DNA from: Vitrella brassicaformis CCMP3155
Taxonomy: Eukaryota > Protista > Chromerida
Direction of reading: 5' to 3'
Assembly: GCA_001179505.1 (NCBI GenBank)
Contig: CDMY01000438.1
Location: forward strand, 12,320 to 76,319
Length of the DNA: 64,000 bases
Every line of letters begins with the position of its first letter. Position 1 is the first letter of the stretch. The position numbers and the translations under genes are program-made. The notes beneath the pieces were generated by a model that ran no database searches, was not told the origin of the DNA, and saw only the letters and a list, made by a program, of their open reading frames with translations. Positions 1-13,199 of the stretch are shown here, piece after piece.

Positions 1-940
1 AGAGGATGTGGCGTCATGGTGCATGGGGGCACACACGTACCTTCCTGCACGCGTCTGACTTGCCGAGGTTGGACGAGAGGAACTCATCCACCTGCAGCTC
101 GACCAGCCGACTCACCGACACCACCTGGGACAGATCCCTGACGCATCCACATCACACATAACACACCATTACACGCGTGGGGGCGTGCCCTTCTCAGCCT
201 TGTCTCACTTACCTGAAGACCTCCAGTGCCGCCCTTAGCAGTGCCTCGCCGCCCTCTTGCCCCAGTGAGGTCAGGTACCCCCCGATGGTGTTGAATATGT
301 CGTTGCATGCCTGCTGCAGTCCGCTGACGATCTCCAGCCGCCGCCGCTGGGGCAGACCACGGGTCGACTCATCACTGCACTCCTGAGCCAACTCGCGAAT
401 CACACCCATCACGATACTCGCGTGGGCGGCACTCGTGCGACCTGCACACAGGCAGACAAAGATGAAGACAGACAAACAGGCAGGTTGTTTGTTTGTCTGT
501 TCGTGGCGCTGACCGGCATTGAGAAGGCTCGGCATCAGCTCCTGCCAGCACTGGGGCCACTCCCGCCGCGCCACCTCGGCTAAGGCCACTGCACACTTTT
601 GCCGCACAATGGGCGATCGAAGACGGTCGGCCGGCAGCTGAGTGGGGTAGGACAGCAGCACCGCCTTGACCGATGCCCTCTGCTCCGGCGTCCACCTCTG
701 CCATTGCCTGCTGATGGCCTCGCGGAACAGCGTGTGGCCAAAGAACTGCACCCGCTCGAGCAGGGCGGCATCGAGCTGGCTGCCGTCGTGTGTGACGAGT
801 CTGTGGGCGATCTCACAGGCGCTAGGGTGGTCATAGAGTGAGGTGCAGTGCTGCTCGGCAACGACGCGGTCAGCATGCGAGACGTTGGGCTGGCCGGAGA
901 CCCTCAACGCTTCGATAACCGACCGCACGCTGGCATCCAT
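1..940 (-). CDS. Exportin (Xpo5/Xpo1-type importin-beta fold) N-terminal part; multi-exon, runs off the window start
   Basis: ORF 209-940 has 'QFFGHTLFREAISRQWQRW...IVRQKCAVALAEVARREWPQCWQELMPSLL', typical of the IBN_N/Xpo1 domains. GT-AG introns near 513-442 and below 218. Confidence 0.75.
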
Positions 941-1110
941 GGCCGCTGGATCTCCAGATCAGAGCAGTAAAGGATGAGAGCGCCGCAGAGCCGTCCGTCG
1001 AGGCAGATCACGCCTTCAGCTCATGCATGTAAGTCTGCAGATGGTCGCCATGACTCCAAACCCTTAAGGCCACACCAACCATGCGCCAAAAGGCCGTGAT
1101 TGCCAAGCTC

Positions 1111-1190
1111 GCAGATGCCAAGCTCGCACGATGTGGCCGGAGGGCTTGAATCAATCGACGAGAGGCATAGATGTTCTTCAACAACCTGCC
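1111..1190 (+). repeat. Degenerate direct-repeat copy of 4863-4967
   Basis: Both sites carry gcagatgccaagctcgcacga and aatcgacgagaggcat(a/g)gatgttcttcaacaacctgcc. Confidence 0.85.
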
Positions 1191-1649
1191 GTGTCCATGC
1201 ACCGCACCATGTAGGTCGACACACGCACGAGGGAGTGATAGAAGAAGTCCCTTCACTTGTCCCTTCACACACGAGAAACAACACACATGTACACCCACTC
1301 ACACTGGCATGGTATAGTTTCCGGCCACCCGCTAGCTATAGCTAGCCAGGCGGCAGGTGAGGCATCTCTGGTGGCATCTCCCCGTCTGCCTGCCTGCATG
1401 CCTGCCTGCCTCTTACCCGCCCGCCCGCCTTTCTCGACACCAACGCGCATGTGTCATGACACCGCCCCCATCGTGCCGGCCACCCAGGAAGCAGTCGAGT
1501 GTGAGTCAGGCACCGACAGCTATCCATCCATCCATCCATCCATCCACACCAAAGCCCCCCCACCTGCCTGCGCCCCTCATTCATCTATGTCGTCCACTAC
1601 TGCTCCATCTCATCGTCACCGCTCCTCTCCAAATCCCTCTGCGAGTCAG

Positions 1650-3320
1650 CTACTGGAGTGTGGCCCCCAGCTGCTGCCATGTGAACTGGCAGTCGGCATC
1701 GCCCAGGTGGGTGTTGAAGCCCTTGACCACCCCTTCCACGCCGTGGCGGGCCGCCTCGTCCATCCTGGCCCGATGAACCACCTCGCGCAGGCCCACACGA
1801 CCACGAGTGTGCACCGCCTCGCGCGGACGGCTGTCGACACCCTCGAGCACGAAACACTGCAGCTGCGGCACACGCACCACCTGTCCGCCCACGCTGGCCG
1901 TCCCGCCCACCACCTCCCTGTTGCTACTGGTCTGGTACACTGCCGACTTGACGAAGTGCTCCGCTGCCGCGCATACACGCCGGGCCATAACGGTGTGCCG
2001 CACACACTCGCCGATGGCTTCTGTGGTGGCCGATGCCGCTGCGTCCGCATCGAAGAGGTACGACGCGATGCGCCAGCCGAAGATGGGGGCCTCCTGCGGG
2101 CCGACGGCCAGCCGGGGGGTCAGGAGGGCCGCGAGTGACCGGTGAGGCGCGAGGGCGGCGTTGACGGCCGACATCACTGCAGGGCCCACCTCGTCTAGCA
2201 CCGTGGCGTACTCCATCAGCACAAACTGTCGCTCTCCGTCTATGGGGAGGCTGTTGATGTCGGCGCCCGCCCTCAGCAGCGAATGGATGGTCAGCTTGTG
2301 CCTGTCACATCGGGCGCGACACCCCTCCTTGGTGTCCTCGGGCGTCTCCGGGTCCTGAAGCTCTCGAGTGTACCAATCGAGCTCCTCGGCAGCTGTGGCG
2401 AGGGGCGTGTCGTCGCGGTAGTTCCGCCTATTGATCTGGTCAGCGGGCAGCTTGCGGCAAAGGTAGCAGGCCACTTGGGTAGAGCCCCAACATGCCGCGT
2501 CGTGCAGTGGTGTCCCTTGCGATGCATCGGACGCTGCCGTCATGTCGGCCCCGTTCGCTGTGATGAGGTCGAGGTAGGCGTCGATGAAGGACTGGGGATA
2601 GTCCCACCGTGCGGTGGCTGCCGTGTGCACCAGGTTGTAGCCACCGCTTGTTTCTTCGGTGGCGAGGGTGGGGTCGCGTCGGACGAGTCGCTCATACATC
2701 GACAGCAGCAGCTGCAGATACTCCGGGGGAGGCTGACGCAGGGGAAGAAGGGGCAGCTCCATCACCATGCAATACAATTGGCCCGCTGCGCGCAGGTCGA
2801 TGTCGTGACGAGCCGTCAGTATGTCGAGGGCCGTCTGATTGCCAGATGCAATCGCCAAGTGGAGGGGCGTCTGATCGGTCTGATGGGCTGCCGCATTGGG
2901 GTCGGCGCCTCCGTCGAGGAGTGCGGTCAGGACGGCCGCCTGCAGCTCGTCAGACGACCACTGTGGCAGTACGATGGGATGGCAGCCATCATCATCTCGG
3001 GCTGCGATGGTCCTGATGGTGTAGCCCGACTTGTTGTCAATGGCGATGGCGAGGAGGGGATAGACGAAGACGATGGGGTCGCTACCCTCGGCGACCAGCC
3101 TAGTCATGACATCTGGGTCGGCGCCCTGCTGCCGCATGAGGTCGGTCACTTGCCGTGCGTCGGTGAAGCGGCGGCCGATGATCCACCGTGACAGCTGCTT
3201 GCTGGGGTCGTTGGTGCCCTTGAGGAACCGAGCCTCCAGCTTATCGAGTCCGATGTGGCCGTCAGGCACAGGAGCAGCGGGATCCGCCAGGCCTACGAGA
3301 GGATACCCTGCCACACCCAC
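1650..3320 (-). CDS. Ankyrin-repeat protein with a long uninterrupted ORF; 5' exon(s) may lie in 3262-3744
   Basis: 556-aa ORF with ankyrin repeats 'LLDGGADPNAAAHQTDQTPLHLAIASGN', 'GTPLHDAACWG', 'DTPLATAA', 'SLLRAGADIN'. Confidence 0.85.
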   Translation of the reverse strand: MGVAGYPLVGLADPAAPVPDGHIGLDKLEARFLKGTNDPSKQLSRWIIGRRFTDARQVTDLMRQQGADPDVMTRLVAEGSDPIVFVYPLLAIAIDNKSGYTIRTIAARDDDGCHPIVLPQWSSDELQAAVLTALLDGGADPNAAAHQTDQTPLHLAIASGNQTALDILTARHDIDLRAAGQLYCMVMELPLLPLRQPPPEYLQLLLSMYERLVRRDPTLATEETSGGYNLVHTAATARWDYPQSFIDAYLDLITANGADMTAASDASQGTPLHDAACWGSTQVACYLCRKLPADQINRRNYRDDTPLATAAEELDWYTRELQDPETPEDTKEGCRARCDRHKLTIHSLLRAGADINSLPIDGERQFVLMEYATVLDEVGPAVMSAVNAALAPHRSLAALLTPRLAVGPQEAPIFGWRIASYLFDADAAASATTEAIGECVRHTVMARRVCAAAEHFVKSAVYQTSSNREVVGGTASVGGQVVRVPQLQCFVLEGVDSRPREAVHTRGRVGLREVVHRARMDEAARHGVEGVVKGFNTHLGDADCQFTWQQLGATLQ

Positions 3321-4945
3321 CGCCGCACAAGGGACGGTGATTGAATGCCTTTTCTACAGGATCCTCCCTCGCGTCTGTCTGGCGTACCTTCCTCCTCATA
3401 TTCGTCGTCATCCGAGTCTCTGTCATCGATATCGTCCTCTTGGTCGTCATCACCATCGTCCTCCTGCATGCCATCCTGACACACAACAAAGAGGCAAGGG
3501 AGAACACCAACACTGGATGAATCGCATGGACCAGTGTTGGTGTTGATGAGTGCCTCACCGATTCGTAGTCATTTCCTGCCTGCGGACCCTCCTCATCGTC
3601 GGCCGTCTCGTGAGGCATTCCGCCGTCACCCAGCTGCTGCTGCTGCTGGTCGTCTAAACACCACCACATAAATCGACCAAGCAGGCCTGAGTGAGCTGCT
3701 GGTGTGTGTGTGGAACGGTCTGTGTGGGATGGCTCGTAACTCACCCCTATCGACGCCGTCGAGATCTAGTTGCTCCGCCTGCCCACTGCCGCTACGCTCT
3801 TGCTCATCTACATCGCCTGCACACACCACAGATGTACAGGAATGATATGATCCTGCGTGTTTGATGTGCTGCATTAGTGTGATGCACCTGCATCGTCCTT
3901 TGCACATCCAGCGTCTGCCATGGCAGCAGAGGGAATCTAGGCATCGGGACGTCCAGACATCACTCAAACAGACACCAACAGCTGCACGAACCACACACGG
4001 GCAACAAGAGGTGGGGATCCCTTTGTGCCCCCGCTGTGGCTGTGCTCACCTTTGATGAGTCAATAGATCAATAGATGGCTGTGTAGAGTCGCTCAATCAG
4101 TCCGTGCTGCCCCGTTGGTAAAGCAGCTTTGCATTCCACAATATCGGCACACAGAGGCAGCAAACCACATGATAATGATGGCTCGTGCTAACCAATCAAT
4201 TGCATCCTCACTCACCGTCGGATGAGAGCTGATCCATGGACGCTGATCTATGGACGCTGATTCAGGTGGACCGAGCCCACCTGGACAACTCCCGACTGTC
4301 CAAATCTTCCATGCGGTTGGTTGGTTGGTTATTGTGTTTAACGAGACTCGTGTCTGTAACCCCGAGGGGATCCTGTCCAGGTCACGCACTAAACTAGCAG
4401 CATGCACATGCATAGAAGCATGCACACGGCCTGTCTCCCCATCCCACCCACCCACCCACTCGACACCCATCAATGGTCAGAAAATCGCTGTCGACAACGG
4501 TTGCAGGTATATGAGAATGACAGCCAGACATAGGCAAGACACCCAGAGGCTAGTCAGAGAGCTCGACGTCGAGCGCCCACTGATCTAAGACATGCTGTTC
4601 GTACAGCAGCTCGTCGTCTTCCCCTGCCTGACTGTCTGGCAAGAATGGGTTGAGAGCAAGCCACTTAGTGCATGTCGCCTGTGCTGACAGAAGAAAGTCG
4701 GCCGCTGCAGAAAGCACCGGCAGTTTGTCCGATTGCAGCACACAATAAGTGAACACAATTGGATGTGACCTGCGCCACAGACGATAACTAGAGGCATCAG
4801 GGGCAGTCACGCCATGCCGACCGACAATTGTGTGCAGAGTGTCCGGAAAGGCCCTCGGGCCCGCAGATGCCAAGCTCGCACGAGCGGTCAGAGTTGCTTG
4901 GCTTGGCTTGGCGTCCGGTCAGAAGGCATAATCGACGAGAGGCAT

Positions 4946-5794
4946 GGATGTTCTTCAACAACCTGCCTTTCACCTTCGCAGTAGGTCAGTCGCCGCATCG
5001 GCCGCCACAGATCTTCAACTTCGGAGCTCCGCCTCCCCCGCCCAAAGCCACCGAGGGACCCATTAGCCTGGTCGAGCAGACGCACCGCAGCTACCTCAAC
5101 TTGTCTGCGTGGTCCCTCAACAATGGCTATCTGGAGAGAAGCGCCGACGGACGAGAGGCTGCTGTGCTGAAGGCAAAACTGAAGTGTCGCCAACAAACCG
5201 ACCAAGCCAAGTGAGCGCATCAATAAATACACGGGACACGTACACACACACGTTCATCGCTGGCCGATTGCTTGATGGATGGATGGATGGGTGGATCGTT
5301 GCAGGCATCACTGTGTGTGGTGTGGGTACCTGGCGGCGGTTGCGGACCACATAGCAAGCCAGCTGTGGGACGAGCAGGAGTACCCACACAAGTTCACAGA
5401 GAGCAAGAACTGGCAGCGGCTGCACGACGACACAGCGAGGTTCGCCAAATACGTCAGGAAGGTACGCCACCCCCCCGCCCCATCCGCACACGCACACAGT
5501 CACACACATGATTGCCCCCCTCTGCATGTGTGTTGCGTTGTTTGTCAGGCTGCGAAGGAGGTGTGGAGTCGCTTGTCCGACGACAAGAAGCGCGAGGTGC
5601 GGGTGTATCGGATACTCGAGACCGACAGGGTGCTCTATGCCCTGTTGTGCAAGAAGATGACCCCGCCGCACAGGCGCAGTGAGAAGGTGCAGGAGAAGCA
5701 GAAGGAGGCCGGCACTGACACTGCAGAGAGGAAGGACAAGGGGGACGATGGCACAGAGGCCACAGGAGAGGGCGGCATGTCGGACATCGACTGA
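4946..5794 (+). CDS. Hypothetical protein, about 3 exons
   Basis: Open frames MFFNNLPF..., YLAAVADHIASQLW...YVRK and AAKEVWSRL...SDID* are separated by GT-AG microsatellite introns (about 5211-5305 and 5462-5549). The start codon is uncertain. Confidence 0.5.
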
Positions 5795-5959
5795 CTGAGC
5801 CGCCGGGACCCAACTGGTGTGGCAGGCAGGTGACAGGTAGTGTGTGGATGTGTGGGTGGATGTGTGGGTGGATGGATGGATGTGAGTAGCTGCACGTGTG
5901 TGTGTGTGTGTAGTATATCTATATGAGCCTGAGCCTTTTTCGTGTGTCCGGACAGTTCT

Positions 5960-7934
5960 CTACCTACCTTGCTTAGTGCCTGCCTGCCTGCCTGTGGGTT
6001 TATCTATCGGAGTGCCGCAAAGACATTTAACAGATGCAGGTCCGTGAATGCGATTCATGGATGCGATATGTTGGTGCGATTGACAGCCATGAGCACTCTT
6101 ACCCCATGCCATGCGATACCATTCAGCGCATGCAGAGACACATATATACTGTTCAGCAAGGTTCTTCTCTTCACACATAGGGGGATCCCTCTCCGCTTCT
6201 CGACTGCATGAACACGTGTGTGTCTCTGGGTGGGTCGGTGAGTAAATGGCACACCTGAACTGGCGTTCGTTGAGCGCCTTCTTCATCTTGATGCTGCGCA
6301 GCATCGACTGCACACACAATGGCGAGCAGAAGACTCGTTGGGGTGCCTGTTTGCCGGCCGCTGTGCTGTGCCTGCCTCATTCGCCTACCTCGGCAATGCA
6401 AGTGTTAATGACGCCGTGCTCGTCGACGTTGATCCGCCCGGCGCCACCAGAAAACTGCATCCATCCATCCATCCAGACGCACACATGTTTGTGTGTGGTG
6501 TGACGGCCTGCCTGAGTCACATACTATGATGGGTATCTCGGCCTTGAGTCGGTCCAGGTTGGCATTGCAGTAGCGCAGCAGCTGCCTGTCGTCGCGAACT
6601 GTCGCAGTAGTGGCATCCACAGAACCACACAGGAGGCGTGAGACATGACGTGGCGCTCTGTGTGTGTGTGTGTGTGTATACTTGTGAAAGTGCGATCCTG
6701 TGCCTCCCGCTCCTGGCGTCTCCTCATGAAGCTGTTCTCCCTCAGAGTCTGCAGCATCCGCGGCGTCTCGCGCTCGACCATAGCACGCTGCACGTGCACA
6801 GCCATGACATACGCAGCTCTGGTGTGTGTGTCGAAGGGCTGGCTGTCCGTGCGGACAAACCTGGACCAGCATTCTGACGTATCTGTAGAGGGGCACCAGC
6901 TCATTCTCATTCACTCCATTCTCCTCCACAAACTCGACCACCCTCTGACACACGGACACACTCACACACATGTACAAGCACCCGTCATCCCCAATCTCTC
7001 TCCCTCTCGCTCACTCACGCGTTTGCATTTGGTGCCGCTGGTCTCGTGCGGCTGGATGGTCAGCACAGCCGTGCGGTACTGCTGGTCGCTGCCCAGGCCC
7101 ACCTCCAGCTGCACAAGGTTCGGCCCAGCCCTGGGGTCGTTGGCCGGCAGGTATTGGAGGCTGGTGATCGGCTGCAGCACCACCCGCTCGGCTGCCTTGT
7201 CCAGCGACACAGGATGGTAGTGCCCAGATGCTGTGGGGGAGGCCACACTCTCCAGCAACGAACGAAGCGCACTCTCCCTAATAAACAGATAGAACCAGAC
7301 AGACAGAGGAGACAGGCCGCTTCTCCCTCTCTGTGTGTGTATGTGTACCAGTTGTCTCGCTCTCTTTCGTCTCTGAACTCCAGCAGGGTGAGTGCCGGTC
7401 TGCCGTGGCCACTCCCGGGAGATCCACCGCCGGCCATAGGCGAGGAAGGGTCCGGAAAGGCCGAGGGCGGGTGGCCTATGACCAGCACCGGCAGGCCGGC
7501 CTCCTCGGCATGCAAATCCGTGTAGAGCTGCGCCTGCAGACGACTGATCTTGCTGATGACGACTGCACCACGCATACATACAAACAGAAAAACCATGGCA
7601 CACAACCAGAATGACACTGCACGTGTGTTTGCGTGTGTTACTTTTGATGGGGTCGCCTCGCTTCTCGCTCGCAATGGTGAGGACCTGCATCTTGTTGTCA
7701 ACACTTACAATCGCACGCTGCAACGGGGAAACGGGGACAGCACAGCGGCAGCCACGCAGAACGAGTCGGACCACGATTCACCCCTGCCGGCTTCCTTACC
7801 TCTTTGGTGAGGTGTCTGGTGGAGCGGAAGTAGCAGCCCGTGGGTCTGCGGAGGACCTCCAACATGTGCACACCCGCCGTCGCTTTGAGGACCAAATGAA
7901 TGAGAAGAGTTGACTCTTTCGACGAGGCCGACAC
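5960..7934 (-). CDS. Hypothetical multi-exon protein
   Basis: Protein-like segments (e.g. ALTLLEFRDERERDNW, VVEFVEENGVNENELVPLYRYVRML) are bounded by GT-AG introns. No family recognised. Confidence 0.45.
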
Positions 7935-8146
7935 GCGGTCAGCCAGGAAAATGCGGCAGAAAGGAGACGAAAGTGCACAGCAAACGAACTGTAACCGTAG
8001 AATCCTTCAATTTGTCAATTTGTTTGGAAGACTGGGGGCACGCTGGGGGCGAGACTGCGAGCTACACTGCATGCCGATCTTCTGACCACTAACGACACCT
8101 CGGGGCGCCTCAATTGCTTGATTTCATGGTGTGAGGTTTGTAAGTC

Positions 8147-10238
8147 ATGGGGTGTCGGCTGAGCTGTACAAGCGAGGGCGGCCTGAGGGATGAGTACATC
8201 CTGGGCCAGAAGATCGGAGAGGGGGTACACACATACGACAATGCAATGCTGGCATTCCTTGCCCTTGTCCGCCCATTTCTGTGCTTTCTCTTCTCTCCAA
8301 TGGTATGCAATGCATTCACAGGCGTTCGCGCAAGTGCGTCTGTGCACGCACAAGAAGACGGGCGAGAAGCGGTGTGTCAAGTTGCTGCACAAGCCGTATC
8401 CGAGGCAGGACTTCGAGACCGAGATAGCGATCATGGAGGAGGTGTGCAATGGCGGGTGTGACAACATCGTCAGGTTCTACCAGCATTACGAAGACAACTA
8501 CTTCTACTACTCGGTAGGTTACAGAACCACGCCTGTCTCTCTCAACACGAGAACAAAGGTGTCTGTCTTATCGGCTGCTGTCATTTGTCGCTTACCCAGG
8601 TCATGGAGAACCTCAGGTATACAATACAGCACGGAGCACATGAGTACGTGTCTCTGTCTGTCTGTTTCCCTCCGTGTGCTTCAAGTGGTGGTGAGTTGTT
8701 CGACACGTTGGCGTCGCCGCAGCCGTTGACAGAGATGGAGATCGCCGACATCATGAGGCAGATGCTCACCGCATGCGCATACATTCACAAAGTGGGCATC
8801 GTACACAGGTGGGTAACAGATAGATACGGGCGGGTCACGGAACTGTACGTGCCATGTGGCTGTCTGCTGGGCTGGCGACTGACTGACAGGGATCTGAAGC
8901 CTCAGAATCTTCTCTTTGCAGCCAAGGGCAGCAACGTGGTCAAAATGATCGACTTCGGGTAGCAAGGCAGCGGATAAAGACACAGATATCTCGGCTGTGA
9001 CTCCTTTCTGTCTTCAGTCTGTCGTACAAGATGCCGAAGGGCGAGATGCTCGACGACCCCTGCGGCACCCCCGAATTTGTCGCACCTGAGATGATACTCG
9101 GCAAATACGGAAGGTACGCAGCGCAGGGGCCCCCAGACCATTCTCAAGACACTCATGTCTGTGTCTCGCCTGCCCCCAGCAAGGTCGACATTTGGGCGTG
9201 TGGTGTGATATTGTTCATGATGCTGTTTGGCGAGATGCCCTTTGCGGCTGCCAACGAGGAGGCTTTGTGGCAGAGGATAGTGGAGCACCAGCCCGACTTC
9301 AAGAAGGTGGCGCAGCGGGCGGGATACAACCCCAGTGAGGGCGCGCTCGACCTCCTCAAGAAACTGCTCACCAAGAAGCCACGGCACCGACCCACTGCCG
9401 AAGAAGCCGCCAGACACAAATGGATCAAAGGTATGAAAGTCCCATACAACACAACCAACAGACAAAGGGAGACATGTCATGGTTGTGTTGCGATGTCATG
9501 GTGGTGTTGCGTCTGTCTCCCATGGTTTTGCAGAGATGACACAGCCGACGGCAATGCCGGTGTTGCTAGAGCCGATTCCCCAGGATGTGCGCCGTAAGGG
9601 CCGGCTGGCGACCATCGACGTCAAGAAGAAGCACGACGAGATGGTCAAGCAGCAGGTGCCGCACCCGCCACAACACAACCAAATCGACAAACTGCAAGAG
9701 GAGCTTGACGAAGGTCAGCCTTCTGTCCACATATGGGGGTGGGTGGCTGCTGGAAGCTTCCGGCATCTGCAATGCGGGTGCGCTGTGCAGAGTACAAGCA
9801 CAGGAAGCAGGGCCGCCTGGCGTCTCTTGCTGTCAAGAAGCAGAAGGAGACCGATGGCGCACACAGGGAAGAACGCGACTCATCCCTAAGTGAGCGCCAG
9901 AAACGTAGGAAGCCGCAATATATGCCCCCGCCCCCCTGTCTATGTCCGTGTGGCTCTCAGAGGTGCCCCCTGCTGTCGAGCACGCCGCTCCGCCCACACA
10001 GCCAGCCGTCGAACGGGGCGAAGAAAGGCAAGGAAGAACCAGCCTGAAACAGACGTGTGCAACGCATGCATGGGTGGATGGCTTGTCTTGTGTGTGCAGG
10101 AAGACAACACGAACAAGGACGGCAGGCTATCAGAACTTCATGACAGAGCTTGAGAAGCTGAGAGCGCAGTACGAGACCATCAAGGAGGACAGCGGAGAAC
10201 TCGATGCCATGGGACCCGTGGATGAGAAGAGGCCATGA
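8147..10238 (+). CDS. Ser/Thr protein kinase, CaMK/CDPK-related, no EF-hands, N-terminal MGC acylation motif
   Basis: Spliced kinase motifs: IGEG|AFAQV, VKLL, HRDLKPQN, DFG, GTPEFVAPE, DIWACGV, RPTAEEA. Confidence 0.93.
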
Positions 10239-10794
10239 AGAGAAGAAGTGCCAGTGGGGATGCCTGGCTTATGCTGCTGCTGCTGCTGCTGGTCCTTTTT
10301 GAGTGCTGCTGGTGGTGTTGGGTTCTGCCGGTGCGGTGGATTGCGTGCGCCTTCGTACACTCACGAGCCCGCTGTCTCGGGTGTGGTGTCTGATGCTGGT
10401 TGGTGCCTGGCGCCTGTGTGACACGGCGCCTGTGTTCAGTGTTCATACTTAGATGAGATGCCTCGTACAGTACTACCCTCTGCCGTTAGTGTATAGGCAC
10501 GTGTCTTCTATCCTTTCCCCCGACCTCCCTCCCTCTTTCGCGTGTGTGTGTGGTGCCCCCCTCTCTCCCCTTGGATCTGATTCATGAATGGGTGAGTGGA
10601 CGGACATTGACCTGAGTGAAGCGGGGTGAACACGATTCGTGTTCGATACAACCATCACTGGCAAGAGCAACAAGTCGATAGATGAAGCGAGCCACACTGC
10701 GCTCGCGTAGTATGCAGAAAAGAGCGACGCCACAGAGGGCACACGACAGGAACAGACATGCCGGTCGTCTGTACGCACTTAGCTTTGCCCTTCC

Positions 10795-12870
10795 CTACCG
10801 TGTTTTCCATTCCTCGATAAAATGACCAAAAACACGTGTTCGCGGACACAGCGCTTCTTCCATGAAGCTCTTGTGCACACAGGCGTACAGATCGTCTGCA
10901 TGCAGGTATGGATTCTCCTTCTCACCGTGGAATGATGCCATTCACGCCAGCTCCTGCTGGCTGATGTGGAGACACACCGAAGGACACGCCCCCTCCCCCC
11001 TGCAGCTGCTGCTGTTGGATCAAGGCAGCCATCTGCTGACACGTATGGGCAAACATCTGCTCCAGCCGTTTTAGCTCAGCCTCTCTACTGTCATGCGGGC
11101 TGGCTTGTCTACTCGGCTGTGTGGGCGGATACGTGTTATCGGTCTCATTGTCGGCCGATCCCACGACAGTAAAGCGCCTCTCCTCTACCTCGGCCTCCCA
11201 TTGAATCCCCCTCAATGTGCTCTGCGGACACATTCAGTAGGCGCACACTCGATTGCATTGCGTCCCACCCACCAGGCCTAACTACCTGTTTCCTGTACAA
11301 TCTCCTGGCGTTTACTCGCTCCCGATCTCCCTGTGTCTGCAGGATGCCCCTGGGCTGCTCGACAATATCCGCTGCAGAGAGGGGCTTGTCGGGCATCGGC
11401 ATCTTGCCAGCCACGTCCGGCCGGAGTGAGGGCGACCTGTCATTTACAGGAAGGAGAAACCGTTTTGGCTTGGCCGCTGCGCTAGAGTCGATCGGATGCA
11501 TGTACGTGTCTGCACACCTTTTCACATGTGCGTGGCTGCTGTACCGCCTATAGGCCCTCTGGTGCGGCCATGATCGAGGATCCACCGGCACACAGAGCTG
11601 CATCTCGATGTCTCCCTCCTCGAAGAAGGTGTAGAGGGACGAAAGGAAGCAGTTGCGATGGTTCGCGTGGGACAAATCGAGCCACCCATGCAGACGAGTG
11701 ATGTCCGTCACAATGACCAGGATATAGGGGCTGTTCCCCAAGAACAACACCGTCATGTACAGGGCCGCACAGAACGGGGCATCTGCAGTCAGGTACACAC
11801 ATGAATGAATGCATCATATCATGTATGTCTCACTGACTGACCGTATTTGCGTGCCGCGTTGACCTCAATGAGCAGATCGGTGCTGTCGTCCATCCAGCTG
11901 GCGTGGTGGATATGAGTCCCCTGACCCGCGACACGACCAACGGCAGCCGGCACATCGTCCAGCCCCTCAAGAGACAGGGAAGAGTTTCGAAACAAAAGTG
12001 CCTTCTTGTCGTGGTAGGACTGGAGGTGGCGATCAGAGACACCACCGTAGCGCTTGTTGAGCCGCCCCAGGTGCTCCGTGATCCTGTGGCACACCGACGC
12101 ATCCCGCTCTTCCCTTAAGAGAATCTGCGGGGGATTCCCGAGCAACTCCCATGGTGTCCAGCCGGTGAGATTGCAAAACTGTTGACAGAGAGACAACAAC
12201 ACGCTGTGTTTCTTCCGTGTTGTGTGTCTGTGCGCACTTTGGTCGAGACAGCCACGATGGGACAGCCCATCATGGCCGGATCGCACAAAATGGCACACAG
12301 CTCCAGGCTGCGGAAGTACATGTCAAAGTTGGCCACCGGTAGGTCCTCTGCAGCTGTGCGAGGCCCTTGTCTGCCCTTGGGTGACGACGCGCTGCCGTAC
12401 CAGTTCCCGGATCGTACGAGCCGCGTTGGCTTCGGGTGTCTGTGTGTCCTGAGCTGATGCGTCGGGGACCGTCAACTCGTTGCTGGCGATGGAATGGGCT
12501 ATCACTGCAGACAAACACACAGATGCAGAATGCAGCGGCGCAGCAGTGCGTTTATCCTCTTGCGCTCACATTGCCTTTCCAGGCCCGAGAGAGCGTGTTG
12601 TAGATTTGCAAAGTCGGTCTGAATGAGGTCATCTGCAGTGTTGTGCCAGAGGTAAACCGGGTCAGACTGGTCCCCGGCCGTCACCAGCCCCCTCCTCACG
12701 CGCCCGACGTCCTCCGTCCCCTCCGGTGGAGCGTCATCATGATGGTCATCACGGGCTGATGGCGCTTCGCCATCCACTGACTCGTCGTCGCTGTCGAAGT
12801 TGCCTCTCCTGTACTTGATGTTCTTGCGGCATTGCAGGGACGGCAGCACCAGACAGCGGCAGCAGGACAT
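10795..12870 (-). CDS. PAS-domain protein (LOV-like, lacks the photoactive Cys)
   Basis: Spliced 'AILCDPAMMGCPIVAVSTK|FCNLTGWTPWELLGNPPQILL...EVNAARKY|DAPFCAALYM...YILVIVTDIT' follows the LOV/PAS pattern DPxxxDxPIvyaSxxFxxLTGYxxxEilG. Ends approximate. Confidence 0.7.
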
Positions 12871-13199
12871 AGTACTGAGGCCAGACTTGTCATGGGGGAC
12901 TGCAAACCCTGGCGAACGGAAGGCGAGCTGGCGGTTGTTGTCTTGTCGCGGCCCCCAGGGGCCCCCACGCAATTCCCACTCAATACCACTCAGGTGACAG
13001 CAACATGCAGAACCACGATGAACAGGCGGCTTGTGGTGGAGAGGCGGAAGCCGTTGATGAGCCAGAGGGCGAGGCCACTGTCGACGAAACTGTTAGAATG
13101 ACGCCGCCTCAGGCGGAGCCAGAGCAAGACACGGGGGAAACTGGTCACGCATAAGCGAAATGGGATGTATGGAGCCCCATACATCAAATTGCTCTGTTT

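Noticed and set aside
1257-3191. Long plus-strand ORFs (1257-2138, 2283-3191) and similar antisense ORFs across the window
   Set aside because: These are shadow frames of GC-rich coding sequence or read-throughs of microsatellite introns, with no domain motifs.
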